Of a stretch of DNA of 64,000 bases, positions 30,737-41,289 are shown piece after piece. The first letter of the stretch is position 1, and the number at the start of each line of letters is the position of its first letter. The stretch is from Alphaproteobacteria bacterium. Its GTDB lineage: Bacteria; Pseudomonadota; Alphaproteobacteria; GCA-2731375. A model generated the notes under the pieces. It was not told the origin of the DNA. It ran no database searches and worked only from the letters and a program-made list of their open reading frames with translations. The stretch spans positions 32,001 through 96,000 of the forward strand of contig CBDDBZ010000035.1 of assembly GCA_965225945.1 (NCBI GenBank), read 5' to 3'. The position numbers and the translations under genes are program-made.

Positions 30737-31855
30737 ATGATCATCGAACGTATCGAGGCCATTCCGATTTGCGTTCCGCTCAGCCGCACTTTCGGCGGCA
30801 GCGTCTATGCCATGTCGACCCGCTGCACCGTGGTGACCCGGCTTCATCTCGCCGACGGCACCCGGGCCGAGGTCTACAACGGCGACAACCGGAGCCACGG
30901 CGTCGACGTGGCCCAGTTGGTCCGCGACGAGTTGGCGCCGCTGGTGGTCGGCGCCGACGTGCGCGATTGGCGGCGCCACCATCAACGGCTCTGGGAGCGC
31001 GTGCCCGGTGCCGCGATGGCGCCGAAGCATCTCCTGGAGGCGATAGCCTGTCTCGATACCGCGATCTGGGATGCCATCGGCCGGCTCCAAGGCGTCACCG
31101 TGGCGCGGTTGCTGGGCGGCGTCCGGGACTCACTGCCGATCATCTCGATCGGCGGCTACTACGAGGAGGGCAAGAGCCTCGATGATCTCGGCGCCGAAAT
31201 GAAATTCTTGCGCTCCCGCGCCATGGCCGGCTGCAAGGTCAAGGTGGGCGGTCTTTCCCCCGAAGCCGACGCCGAACGGGTCGTCGCCTGCCGCGAGGCG
31301 GCGGGAAGCGACTTCATCCTCGCGGTCGACGCCAACCGGGCCTGGGATCGGCGCGAGGCCATCCGCTTCGCTCGCCTGATCGAGCCGCTCGACATCGCCT
31401 GGTTCGAGGAGCCTTGTCACTGGTTCGACGACGCCGAGCGAATGGCCGAGGTGCGCGCCGCCACCTCGATTCCGATCAACGCCGGGCAGAGCGAAATCAG
31501 CCCGCATGGCGTCAAGCGCCTGATCGAGGCGGGCGCGGTCGACGTCGTCAACTTCGACGCCTCCGAGGCCGGCGGCATCACCGCCTGGTCCGAGGTCGCG
31601 GCGCTCTGCCGCCTGGCCGACGTCCGGATGACCCACCACGAGGAGCCACAGATCGCGCTCCACCTGCTGGCCTCCACGCCGAACGCGATCTGCGTCGAAT
31701 GCTTTGCCGACCCCGAACGCGATCCCGTCTGGGACCGCCTCGATCTCGACGCGCCACGACCGATCGACGGCCGGCTGAGCCTTTCGAAGCGGCCCGGCTT
31801 CGGCATGCGCCTCGACGAGGAGATGGTCGAGCGCTACCGCATCGAGGAGGCATGA
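30737..31855 (+). CDS. Mandelate racemase/muconate lactonizing enzyme family protein
   Basis: KVKVG, VDAN, FEEP, GQSE enolase-superfamily motifs. Confidence 0.88.
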   Translation: MIIERIEAIPICVPLSRTFGGSVYAMSTRCTVVTRLHLADGTRAEVYNGDNRSHGVDVAQLVRDELAPLVVGADVRDWRRHHQRLWERVPGAAMAPKHLLEAIACLDTAIWDAIGRLQGVTVARLLGGVRDSLPIISIGGYYEEGKSLDDLGAEMKFLRSRAMAGCKVKVGGLSPEADAERVVACREAAGSDFILAVDANRAWDRREAIRFARLIEPLDIAWFEEPCHWFDDAERMAEVRAATSIPINAGQSEISPHGVKRLIEAGAVDVVNFDASEAGGITAWSEVAALCRLADVRMTHHEEPQIALHLLASTPNAICVECFADPERDPVWDRLDLDAPRPIDGRLSLSKRPGFGMRLDEEMVERYRIEEA

Positions 31856-32042
31856 GGCTCGGCACGGCGCCCGAAATCCAGGCTGAGTCGAGGCGTCGAC
31901 TTCACCACCGCGCCGCGCCACGACGGCGAAGCGCCAGCGTTTCCATGTGGTCGGACGGTGCTGTAGCCTTACGGGTCGACAAATTATTGGTTTTCATTTC
32001 CCTCTTCGTGGAGGGCCGCGTGGCGGGGATAAGGGCGAGGCG

Positions 32043-32930
32043 ATGACCAAACCGGACTGGCGGCCCGTGCTCGGAGTCATCGGTGGCAGCGGTCTCTATG
32101 AAATCAAAGGGTTGAACGAACTGCGTTGGGAGACCGTCGAATCGCCTTGGGGCACGCCGTCGGATGCGCTGCTCAGGGGCCGCCTCGGCGAGATCGAGAT
32201 GGTCTTCCTGCCACGCCACGGCCGCGGTCACCGCCATTCGCCGAGCGACATCGATTACCGCGCCAACATCGACGCGCTGAAGCGGCTCGGCGTCACCGAC
32301 ATCATCTCACTCAGCGCCTGCGGTTCGTTCCGCGAGGATTTGCCGCCCGGCACCTTCGTCGTCATCGATCAGTTCGTCGATCGCACGCTGGGCCGCGCCC
32401 GAAGCTTCTTCGGCGCCGGCATGGTCGCGCATGTCTCGATGGCGCACCCCGTCTGTCCCCGGTTGGGTGACTGGTGCGAGGCGGCGGCCCGGGCCGAGGG
32501 CATTCCGGTCCATCGCGGCGGGGCCTATATCGCCATCGAGGGACCGCAGTTCTCGAGCCTGGCGGAATCGAGGATCTTTCGCGAGTGGGGCCTCGACGTC
32601 ATCGGCATGACCAACCTGCCGGAGGCGCGGCTCGCGCGGGAGGCGGAGATCTGCTACGCCACCGTCGCCATGGTGACCGACTATGATTGCTGGCATCCCG
32701 ATCACGACGCCGTCGAGGTGCGGGCGATTCTGGAGGTGCTACTGGCCAACGCCGAGAAAGCCCGCCGACTGGTGAGCCGGACGGCACCATCGATGGCGGA
32801 TCGACCCGAGGTCTGTCCGCACGGCTGCGACCGGGCCCTGGAGCACGCGCTCATCACCGCCCCGGAGGCGCGCGATCCGGCGCTTTTGGCGAAACTGGAC
32901 GCGGTCGCGGGCCGCATTCTCGATGCTTGA
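32043..32930 (+). CDS. mtnP: S-methyl-5'-thioadenosine phosphorylase
   Basis: GVIGGSGLY, LPRHG, EGPQFS, IGMT..PE, VTDYDCWH. Confidence 0.93.
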   Translation: MTKPDWRPVLGVIGGSGLYEIKGLNELRWETVESPWGTPSDALLRGRLGEIEMVFLPRHGRGHRHSPSDIDYRANIDALKRLGVTDIISLSACGSFREDLPPGTFVVIDQFVDRTLGRARSFFGAGMVAHVSMAHPVCPRLGDWCEAAARAEGIPVHRGGAYIAIEGPQFSSLAESRIFREWGLDVIGMTNLPEARLAREAEICYATVAMVTDYDCWHPDHDAVEVRAILEVLLANAEKARRLVSRTAPSMADRPEVCPHGCDRALEHALITAPEARDPALLAKLDAVAGRILDA

Positions 32931-33013
32931 AGCGCTCCGGGTTCGACGCCGATCGCCGGGCCGACCGATCTTGAACCACCACAGGCGTCGTCTGGTTTAG
33001 GGGAGGGAGCGTG

Positions 33014-33541
33014 ATGGATCTGAAATCTCTCGTCAGGACCATTCCGGATTATCCCGAGCCGGGTATCCTGTTCCGCGACATCACCACGCTGCTGCAGGAC
33101 CCCTTGGGGCTGCGCGAGGCAGTGGACGAAATGGTGCAGCCCTTCGCCGGGCTCGCCATCAACAAGGTGGCGGGGATCGAGGCCAGGGGCTTCATCCTGG
33201 GTGGCGCCGTCGCGCATCAGCTTTCGGTCGGCTTCATCCCGATCCGCAAGAAGGGCAAGCTTCCCTGGCGGACGATCAGTGTCGAATACGAGCTGGAATA
33301 CGGCACCGACGAGGTCGAGGTCCATGTCGACTGCCTGACGCCGGGCGACCGCATCCTGATCGTCGACGATTTGATCGCCACCGGTGGCACGGCCTTGGCG
33401 GCGATCCGGTTGGTCCGCGAAGCCGGTGGCGAAGTCGTCGGCACCAGTTTCGTGATCGATCTGCCGGAACTCGGCGGCAGCGGGCGAATCGAGGCGGAGA
33501 ACGTGCCCGTCCGCACCCTCATGGCCTTCGAGGGCAGCTGA
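33014..33541 (+). CDS. apt: Adenine phosphoribosyltransferase
   Basis: [33 protein letters not shown]. Confidence 0.95.
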   Translation: MDLKSLVRTIPDYPEPGILFRDITTLLQDPLGLREAVDEMVQPFAGLAINKVAGIEARGFILGGAVAHQLSVGFIPIRKKGKLPWRTISVEYELEYGTDEVEVHVDCLTPGDRILIVDDLIATGGTALAAIRLVREAGGEVVGTSFVIDLPELGGSGRIEAENVPVRTLMAFEGS

Positions 33542-33554
33542 TCGGGGGGGGGCT

Positions 33555-34016
33555 GTGAAGACCAGGAAGTTCGGCGAGGTCGACCCCGAAACCGGCACGA
33601 AATGGGGTGGCTCGCCCCGCACCCATTGGCGTTATCTGAAGCGCGCGCTCGCCGAGGGCGAGGTCCTGATTCCCTGCGGCGACTGTTCCGCCTGCTGCCG
33701 CTCGGGTGTGCCGATCTACGAAGACGACGGCCGCGAGGTGGCGAAACGCGCTGACGGCGCTTGCGTCCATCTGACCGTCGACGGCAAGTGCGAGCGCCAT
33801 GGCGACCGGCCGGAACAATGCCGCCTCTTCACCTGCACGCTGATGTCGATCGCCGGCGTGGTGACCGACAATTCAGCTATGAACGCGGCCCTCGCGCGCT
33901 GGGAATGGGATCTCTCCTCCGCCCAGGACCGGGAATTCGCCGAGGCGGCCCGCGAGAAGGAGGCGGAAAAGACCCGGCGCGAGAACCGAGCCGAAGAATC
34001 GAGGAGCCAGAAATAA
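33555..34016 (+). CDS. YkgJ-like CxxCxxCC cysteine-cluster protein
   Basis: CGDCSACC...CVHL...C...RPEQCRLFTC. Confidence 0.75.
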   Translation: MKTRKFGEVDPETGTKWGGSPRTHWRYLKRALAEGEVLIPCGDCSACCRSGVPIYEDDGREVAKRADGACVHLTVDGKCERHGDRPEQCRLFTCTLMSIAGVVTDNSAMNAALARWEWDLSSAQDREFAEAAREKEAEKTRRENRAEESRSQK

Positions 34017-35359
34017 TGAGCCGATACGACCTGATCGTCCGGAGTGCGACGGTGGTGAACCACGACGGCATCGCTACCGCCGACGTCGGCGCCCTGGACG
34101 GCAAGACCACCCTGATCGGCGATCTCGGCCAGGCCTCTGCCGAGGTGGAGATCGATGCCCGGGGCCTGCATTTGCTCCCCGGTGTGATCGACACCCAGGT
34201 GCATTTCCGCGAACCGGGCATGGACGGGATGGAAGACCTCGAATCAGGCAGCCGCGCCGCAGTGTTGGGCGGCGTCACCGCCGTCTTCGAGATGCCGAAC
34301 ACGCGGCCCACCACCAGCACGGCGGAGGCGCTGGCGGACAAGCTGGCCCGTGCCCGCGACCGGATGTGGTGCGACCACGCCTTCTACATCGGCGCCACGG
34401 CGGAGAACGCGGAACAGCTCGACCAACTCGAGCGCCTGCCGGGGGCGGCCGGCGTGAAGATCTTCATGGGCGCCTCGACCGGAGATTTGCTGGTGGCGGA
34501 CGACGAGACTCTGTCGCGGGTACTGGCGACGATCAACCGGCGCTGTGCCGTCCATGCAGAAGACCAGCCGAGGCTCCAGGAGCGCCGCGCCATCGCCGAG
34601 ACCGCGGCAAACGTGCATGCCCACCCCGAATGGCGCGATCCCACCTCGGCGTTGCGCGCGACGGAGCGGATCGTCCGCCTCGCGCGGCGCCACGCCAAGC
34701 GGGTCCACCTACTCCACATCACCACGGCGGCGGAGATCGAATTTCTGGCCGGGCACAAGGATGTCGCCACGGTGGAGGTGACGCCGCAGCACCTGACGCT
34801 CGCCGCGCCCGAGTGCTACGACCGCCTCGGCACCTTGGCACAGATGAACCCGCCGATCCGCGACGAGGCCGAACGGGCCGGACTCTGGGGCGGCATCCGG
34901 CGCGGCATCGTCGACGTCGTCGGCTCCGACCACGCGCCGCACACGGCCGAGGAGAAGGCCGCGCCCTATCCGAAGAGCCCCTCCGGCATGCCGGGCGTGC
35001 AGACCCTCTTGCCGCTCCTGCTAGACCATGCGAACGCCGGGCGGCTGACGCTCCAGAGATTGGTCGATCTCACCAGCGTCGGCGCCGGACGGCTCTTCCA
35101 GATCGCCGGCAAGGGCCGTCTCGCCGCCGGTTACGACGCCGACTACACGCTCGTGGATGTCGGCTTGCGACAAACCATCACGGGCGATTGGCTGGCCTCG
35201 CGCTGCGGCTGGTCGCCTTTCGAGGGAGCCGAGGTCACCGGCTGGCCGATGATGACGGTGATCCGGGGCCGGTTGGTCATGCGCGACGGCGAGCTCCAGG
35301 GCACCGCCGGCGGCCGGCCCATCCGCTTCCAGGAAACCCTCGCACGAGAGACCTCCTAA
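34016..35359 (+). CDS. pyrC: Dihydroorotase
   Basis: IDTQVHFREPG, EMPNT, VHAED, QMNPPIR, GSDHAPH. Confidence 0.9.
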   Translation: MSRYDLIVRSATVVNHDGIATADVGALDGKTTLIGDLGQASAEVEIDARGLHLLPGVIDTQVHFREPGMDGMEDLESGSRAAVLGGVTAVFEMPNTRPTTSTAEALADKLARARDRMWCDHAFYIGATAENAEQLDQLERLPGAAGVKIFMGASTGDLLVADDETLSRVLATINRRCAVHAEDQPRLQERRAIAETAANVHAHPEWRDPTSALRATERIVRLARRHAKRVHLLHITTAAEIEFLAGHKDVATVEVTPQHLTLAAPECYDRLGTLAQMNPPIRDEAERAGLWGGIRRGIVDVVGSDHAPHTAEEKAAPYPKSPSGMPGVQTLLPLLLDHANAGRLTLQRLVDLTSVGAGRLFQIAGKGRLAAGYDADYTLVDVGLRQTITGDWLASRCGWSPFEGAEVTGWPMMTVIRGRLVMRDGELQGTAGGRPIRFQETLARETS

Positions 35360-35456
35360 GGCGCGAGGCGGAGGGAATTGAGCACCACCAGGAATCATAT
35401 CCTCGCGGTTGGTTAGGAGCGGGACCGCGCGGGAGCATCCGTCGAGACGTTTGGTA

Positions 35457-37937
35457 TCAATCGCCGGCGGCCTGCGTCAACTGGTTGGTTTGGGACGAGA
35501 CGAAGGTGATCGCCGACTTGGCGTCGAGCGGCCGGCTGATCCAGTGGCCCTGGCCTTCGTTGCAACCTTGCTCGCGCAGGAAGGCCGCTTGGTCTTCGGT
35601 CTCCACGCCCTCGGCGGTCACCGAGAGGCCGAGATCGTGCGCCAGGTGGATGATCGCCTTGGTGATGGCCGTGCCGTCCTTTTCCCGCCCGAGGTTCTTG
35701 ATGAACATCTTGATTTTATCGACGGAGAAGCGCTGCAGATAGGCCATCGAACAGTAGCCGGTGCCGAAATCGTCGATGGCGAGCTGGAAGCCGAGCCCCT
35801 GCAGCTCATCCAGCACCCGACTCACCCGCCCGTCGGTCGACATCAGCAGACCCTCGGTGATCTCGAACTCGATCCACCGCGGCTCGACGCCGGTCGAGCG
35901 CAGCACCGACATGACGTTGGTGATGAAATCCTCGCTCTTGAAATCGACCGGCGAGAGATTGATAGAGACCTGGATTTCGGCGGATCCCTCCTCCCGCCAG
36001 GCCCGCATCTGCCGGCAGGCGAGCCGCAGCACGAGGTCGGTGAGATTGGTGATGAGGCCGGCCTGTTCGGCCACGGGAATGAACTCCAACGGCGGCACCA
36101 ATCCCCGGACGGGGTGCTGCCAGCGCACCAGCGCCTCGACTCCGGTAACCTCTCCACTCTCCAGGTGAACACGGGGCTGATAGGCGAGGAACAGGTCGTT
36201 GTTCTCGATCGCGCGGCGCAGATCGCGCTCCAGCGACTTGCGCTCGCTGATCTCGGCGTTCATCTCGGCATCGTACATCTGGTGCTTGTTCCGCCCTTCC
36301 TGCTTGGCGCGATAGAGCGCCAGATCGGCGTTCTTGACCAACTTGTCGGCGTCCTTGCCGTCGTGCGGGAAGAGGGTGATGCCGATGCTGCAACCGGTGT
36401 AAACCCGCTCGCCATCGAGATTGAACGGCTTCGAAAGCCGCTCGACGATACGTTGCGCCAGCACCTCGATGCCGTCCACCTTTTCCAGGTTGGTCTGAAT
36501 GATGGCGAACTCGTCGCCGCCGAGGCGCGCCACCGTGTCGGAGCGCCGGACGCAGTCGATCAAGCGCTCGGAGACCTGGATCAACAAGGCATCGCCCGCC
36601 GGGTGCCCGAGCGTGTCGTTGACGTCCTTGAAGTGGTCGAGGTCGAGCAACAGCACGGCGACGTTGCGGTCGACCCGCTGCGCTAGCTGGACGGCTTCGA
36701 TCAGTCGGTTCTGGAACAGTTTGCGGTTCGGCAGGTCGGTTAGCGCGTCCTGATGCGCCACGGTGCGAAGCGTCTCCTCGCTGCGCTGCCGATTCTCCGC
36801 CATGCGGTTGAACGATCGAGCCAACCGCCCGAGTTCGTCGTCGCCGACGACGTCGATCCGAAAGTCCAACTGGCCACTGCCGATCGCCTCGGCGCCCTCG
36901 GTCAGCGCCATGATCGGCCGGACGATGCCCCGGATCAGCACCAGCGCCGTGCCGGCACCCATCATGCCGCCGATGCCGGTCATCACGAGGAGGTAGATGA
37001 TCACCTCGTAGGTGGACTGCGCCAGGCCCGCCTCGGCGGTAATCTTGCGGACACGAATGGGGTCGATAATGTCGAACTCCAGGCGCCGCAGGATCTCGCC
37101 GAGGCCGGTCTCGAATTCCTTGATGCCGGCGGCGCGCCGCTCCGAGAAATTCATCGCCTTCTCGGCCGCCGTCCGCGCTTCGCTCAAGATCCGCTCCAGT
37201 GCCGCGAGCTGGCCCCTGGCTTCCTCGCCCGTGGCCCGGCCCTCGAAGACGGCGTTCAGCCGGGCGAAGACGACGGCCGCGCGACGCAAGGTCTCGCGGT
37301 GCGCGGGCTCCGGACCCCTCGCGTGCTGGCGTACCGACACCGTCAGGTCGGCGAGCCAGAGCCGCGCCTCTCGGGCCGCGTTGCGGAGCGCGAAGACCTC
37401 CTTGTCGGCGCCGGCGCCGGCGCTCGGCAGAAACCCATCGATCAGCGCGGTCGCCGCGCCGACCCGACCGACCAGCTTCTCCACCGCCGTCGATCCCTCC
37501 GCGTCCAAGGCGAAGGCGCGCTGCCCAATGCCGCGAATTCGCATCAGGCGGTCGCGGATGGCGCCGCCCCGCGCCTCGTCGAGCGCGCCCCCCGCCGAGC
37601 GTGCGAAGCCGTCCACGATGGTGTCGAAATCGGCGAGCCAGGCAATCACCGAGAGCTCGTTCGCCTGTCGGTCGTACGAGCGCGCGAACCGAGCGCCGAG
37701 CTGCACCGCGCTTTCCAGCAGCCGATAACGGAATTCAAGCACCACGTCCTGCTTGGGACTACCGGGGCCGACGATAGCCAGGACGTCGTCCTTGGGACTA
37801 CCGGGGCCGACGATAGCCAGGACGTCGTCCTTGATACGATTGGTCAATAGCAGAAATGATATCGCGCTGGTGCTGAAGAACAGGAACAGCAGGATGCCGA
37901 ACGCCAAGGCCACGCGTTTCGCGATTCCCAAGCTCAT
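35457..37937 (-). CDS. Membrane sensor HAMP-GGDEF-EAL protein
   Basis: Two TM segments, HAMP, RLGGDEF, VEAL, IDDFGTG; 39-bp tandem duplication and a short deletion in the EAL domain. Confidence 0.9.
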   Translation of the reverse strand: MSLGIAKRVALAFGILLFLFFSTSAISFLLLTNRIKDDVLAIVGPGSPKDDVLAIVGPGSPKQDVVLEFRYRLLESAVQLGARFARSYDRQANELSVIAWLADFDTIVDGFARSAGGALDEARGGAIRDRLMRIRGIGQRAFALDAEGSTAVEKLVGRVGAATALIDGFLPSAGAGADKEVFALRNAAREARLWLADLTVSVRQHARGPEPAHRETLRRAAVVFARLNAVFEGRATGEEARGQLAALERILSEARTAAEKAMNFSERRAAGIKEFETGLGEILRRLEFDIIDPIRVRKITAEAGLAQSTYEVIIYLLVMTGIGGMMGAGTALVLIRGIVRPIMALTEGAEAIGSGQLDFRIDVVGDDELGRLARSFNRMAENRQRSEETLRTVAHQDALTDLPNRKLFQNRLIEAVQLAQRVDRNVAVLLLDLDHFKDVNDTLGHPAGDALLIQVSERLIDCVRRSDTVARLGGDEFAIIQTNLEKVDGIEVLAQRIVERLSKPFNLDGERVYTGCSIGITLFPHDGKDADKLVKNADLALYRAKQEGRNKHQMYDAEMNAEISERKSLERDLRRAIENNDLFLAYQPRVHLESGEVTGVEALVRWQHPVRGLVPPLEFIPVAEQAGLITNLTDLVLRLACRQMRAWREEGSAEIQVSINLSPVDFKSEDFITNVMSVLRSTGVEPRWIEFEITEGLLMSTDGRVSRVLDELQGLGFQLAIDDFGTGYCSMAYLQRFSVDKIKMFIKNLGREKDGTAITKAIIHLAHDLGLSVTAEGVETEDQAAFLREQGCNEGQGHWISRPLDAKSAITFVSSQTNQLTQAAGD
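37753..37830. repeat. 39-bp perfect tandem duplication (in frame)
   Basis: TTGGGACTACCGGGGCCGACGATAGCCAGGACGTCGTCC twice; repeats KDDVLAIVGPGSP. Confidence 0.9.
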
Positions 37938-38356
37938 GCCCCGCCGCCCTCGAGTTGTTTTTTTGGATGAATCTATCCAGCCTGATCATCGCCGATCACG
38001 CGGAAATTTGAAACGACAAATCATTCGGCAAATCATTCGACTGTCACATTTAAACATCACTCGAACCCATCTTCTCCCCCGGCGAAACCACCCCTGAATG
38101 GGAGCCGCGGGCATAGTTTGCCCAGGGGAAGGGGCTAGGGAGAGGGCCGGCTTCGGGAAATTTCGAGTCGGACTCTCAGGCCGGCTTGAAGCCGGTGACC
38201 CGGGTCAGCGTCTCGGGCACGAACTCGCGCGCGCTCAACGCTCCTCTCGAGGGAAGGGGTCGACACTCTATAGCAACGGAGATGAAGCTCGACCGCCCCG
38301 GATCCGGTGGCCTCGATCGATCCTGGAATTCTCCGACCGAGCGCGCCGCAGGCTCC

Positions 38357-40255
38357 TCAACGCGGTCGGTAGAGCCGAAACGGCGCCGCGACGGCCCGGC
38401 CGTCCGCTGCCGTGACCGCCTCGAGGAAGGCGGGCGGCACGCCCGCGACCAGGCGATCGTGAAGCGTGGCGCCACCCGCGCCGGCCACGCGAGCATACAT
38501 GGCCCGCTCCGCCGTGCCCGGACAGACGACGAGGAGATCGACGCCGCGATCCGCGAGCCGCCGGCGCGCCGCCGCGTCGTCACGCGAGGTCATGACGTCG
38601 AGGGTCGCGCGCAATCCGCCCTGCGCCCGATGCGTCGGCACCGAGAGCACGGCGTGCGGCGTGCGGTAGAGCAGTTCCGGCCCGAAATCGATGAAGGCCA
38701 TGACCTCGAGCGGCCGCGCGCCGAGGCCGGCGGGATCGGCCAATCGCTCGGCAAGCCGCGTCACCGGACAGTGGGCGTAGGCGGTGACGGTGCCGCCCGG
38801 CGCGGCACCCGCCTCGGCGCCGGGGCGGGTGCCGATCCAGAGGCTCGGCAGCAAGTACCAGAGCAGGATTGCAAGCACCAGCGGCGGGCGAACCGCGACC
38901 AGGGCCTTGGTGCCCAGGCGCTCGGGCAGCGCCGCCAGCAGGCGTCCCCCAAGTGCTACATAGGCCACCAGCAGCACGGCTTCCGCGTAGCCCGCCCAAC
39001 GGATCTGCGCCGCCGCGAGCGCGGTGAAGAGCAGACCACCGAGCCCGAGGTGAAGCCAGAGCGGCCGCGTCTCGCGCGGCCCGCGAACGATTCGCCAGGC
39101 GATCCAGGGCAACGCCGCGAGCGCGATGCCGAGCCAGGCGACGGCCCGGGCGAGGCCGTCGGGCAGCGCTCGTGGCAGATCGCCGAGCAACCACAGGACT
39201 GGCCGCCGCCCGGCGCTCTCGGTCAGATGGCTTGCCGCGTAGCTGTCATCGACCGTCGCCATCGGCCCCGCCAGGAAGCCGGGGTCGATCGCCCCCATGG
39301 CCGACACCACCAGGGCGAGGGCGAGGGCGGCGAGGGCGAGACGTGCCCCCGGTCCCCTCGGCCCTCGCGCCCCGCCTCGGAGCCATCCGGCGAGCGCCAG
39401 GCAGACGCCGGCGAGGAGGGCGAAGGGCATCAGATGGCGATAGGAAAGACGGTCGAGATCGTCGGCGCGCCAGGCGCCCTCGCCCCGCTCGACCAGCAGC
39501 GCGAGCGCCAGGGCGACGAGGCAGACCAGGGCCAGGCGGGCCAGCCGTCCCGCCATGCGATCGTCGCCCAGCGTCCAGGCGAGCACCATCGCCGCGACGG
39601 TGACCGCCACCGCCGGGGCGAACTCGATCCCGACCCAGATGCCGAGCGCGCCGGCGATCGCGGCCAGATCGGCGTCCCGCCCGCGCCCGCCCGGGCCCAG
39701 CAGACGTAGGCTCGCCCAAAGCTGGACCGCGAACAGCAGCAGTAGCAGGCCGTGGTGGTCCGGCCGGCCGAGGGCGAAGGCGCCGGCGATTCCCGGCTGC
39801 ACCACGGCGACCACCAGCACCAGCCAGAGCCAGGCGCGCCCGACCAACGGCGCCGCCACGCCCACCATGAGGCCAAGAAAACAGAGGTGGAGGACCGGCC
39901 CCAGGACCACGCCCCACCAATGCAATCCCGCCTCGAAGCCGACCAGCGGCGCCAGCGAGGCGGCGCCGGCCAGCAGGATGACATCGAGCGGCCGGGTCCA
40001 ATGGAGCACCAGGCCCTCGGGCGGGCTGACCCGCGCCAAGAGCGGGGAGAACCAATCGCCGCCGTGCCGGAGTTCGGCGACCCTGACCAGCCGCAGATAG
40101 GCGTCGGTGTCGACCAGCGCCCCCTGGAACACCTCAGGATGAAGCGTGAAGGCGTAGGCCAGGTGTTGCAGCGCCACCAGGGCGGCGCCGAGCAACAGCA
40201 GCCGGCCGAAGCCTCGGGTGGATATCTCGGCTGCGACGACGGGCCGCGCGCGCAT
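38357..40255 (-). CDS. Polytopic GT-C-fold (STT3/AglB-like) membrane protein
   Basis: Many TM segments; DTDAYLRL...W.RPLD and GRPDHH loop motifs; soluble C-terminal domain. Confidence 0.6.
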   Translation of the reverse strand: MRARPVVAAEISTRGFGRLLLLGAALVALQHLAYAFTLHPEVFQGALVDTDAYLRLVRVAELRHGGDWFSPLLARVSPPEGLVLHWTRPLDVILLAGAASLAPLVGFEAGLHWWGVVLGPVLHLCFLGLMVGVAAPLVGRAWLWLVLVVAVVQPGIAGAFALGRPDHHGLLLLLFAVQLWASLRLLGPGGRGRDADLAAIAGALGIWVGIEFAPAVAVTVAAMVLAWTLGDDRMAGRLARLALVCLVALALALLVERGEGAWRADDLDRLSYRHLMPFALLAGVCLALAGWLRGGARGPRGPGARLALAALALALVVSAMGAIDPGFLAGPMATVDDSYAASHLTESAGRRPVLWLLGDLPRALPDGLARAVAWLGIALAALPWIAWRIVRGPRETRPLWLHLGLGGLLFTALAAAQIRWAGYAEAVLLVAYVALGGRLLAALPERLGTKALVAVRPPLVLAILLWYLLPSLWIGTRPGAEAGAAPGGTVTAYAHCPVTRLAERLADPAGLGARPLEVMAFIDFGPELLYRTPHAVLSVPTHRAQGGLRATLDVMTSRDDAAARRRLADRGVDLLVVCPGTAERAMYARVAGAGGATLHDRLVAGVPPAFLEAVTAADGRAVAAPFRLYRPR

Positions 40256-40334
40256 CGAGGGGGCCTCGCGCCGGTCCCGAGGGAAGCGGTTCAAGAGCGG
40301 GCGGCCCGGCGCGTCACGCGCATCGCGAAGCGGT

Positions 40335-41117
40335 TTAATCGCAATGCGCCAGCACCGCCGCCGCCACCGCCTCGGGCGCGTCGATCTCCGCCAGGTGGCC
40401 GGCGCCGGCGAGACGCCGGATCGTCGCCGAGGGACCGATGGCGCCGGCGACGCGTTCTGCATAACTCGGGGCTATGACCTTGTCCGCTTCGCCCCAGAGC
40501 ACCAGGGTCGGCTGGCCGATGCGCCCCAGGCGCTGCGCCAGGCCGGTGTCGGAGAGCGGCCAGAAGATTTGCGCCGCGGCTTCGTTGGCCCGGATCGTCA
40601 GGATCTGCCATTCGGTTTCGTCCTCGCCCTCCGGCATCGCCGTCACCGCCTCCAGCTTGGTCTGGTCCTCGACGTAGAGGGCGCCCTGCGTCCCCGGTAC
40701 CTGGGCCCAGACGTCGGTCACCGGGTCGGCCTCGTCGTAAATCCCGAGCGGCGAAATCAGCGCCAGACGAGGCACGGAGTCGGGCCAGATCGCGGCCATC
40801 TCGGCGGCGAACGAGCCGCCGGCCGAAACGCCGACCAGATCGGCCCCGTCGAGCCCGGCGCCGAGCAACAGGTCGCGCGTCGCCAGCAGCCAGTCGAGAT
40901 GGCTGTAGAGGCCGTCGTGGCCGCGCCCGCCACCGGGAAAGCCCGGGAGCGAGGGGACGATCACCCGGCGGCTTTTCGCCAGTTCGTCGAGGAACGGGGT
41001 CCAGCTCAGAAGGCCGCCGAGCCCGGCGAGGAAGCCGATCGGCGCCCCCTCGCCCTTCTCCCAGACCCGGCAGGTGGTCCCCTGGATCTCGACCCCACGT
41101 TCGCTCGGCCCGCTCAC
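40335..41117 (-). CDS. Alpha/beta hydrolase
   Basis: LPGF, GVSAG nucleophile elbow, WGEAD, GAGH. Confidence 0.88.
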   Translation of the reverse strand: MSGPSERGVEIQGTTCRVWEKGEGAPIGFLAGLGGLLSWTPFLDELAKSRRVIVPSLPGFPGGGRGHDGLYSHLDWLLATRDLLLGAGLDGADLVGVSAGGSFAAEMAAIWPDSVPRLALISPLGIYDEADPVTDVWAQVPGTQGALYVEDQTKLEAVTAMPEGEDETEWQILTIRANEAAAQIFWPLSDTGLAQRLGRIGQPTLVLWGEADKVIAPSYAERVAGAIGPSATIRRLAGAGHLAEIDAPEAVAAAVLAHCD

Positions 41118-41289
41118 GGCGACGTCCTCCGGGCGACCTCGAAACCCTCGAGGCCGCGCCGGCGGCACGCCATATGTTGGATTCTATCCACTAGTCCCGC
41201 TCTCCGCTTGATCGTTCCCTGTGAAGACGTCCTTCGCTTCGCTTCACGTATACTTCCCCACATTCTCGAAAGGGCGAAAATGAAGCCCT

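Noticed and set aside
31856-32042. SAM-type riboswitch upstream of mtnP
   Set aside because: No recognisable aptamer consensus.
38017-38039. 11-bp direct repeat CAAATCATTCG upstream of the GGDEF-EAL gene as a regulator site
   Set aside because: It cannot be distinguished from the other short duplications in this window, and I recognise no known motif.
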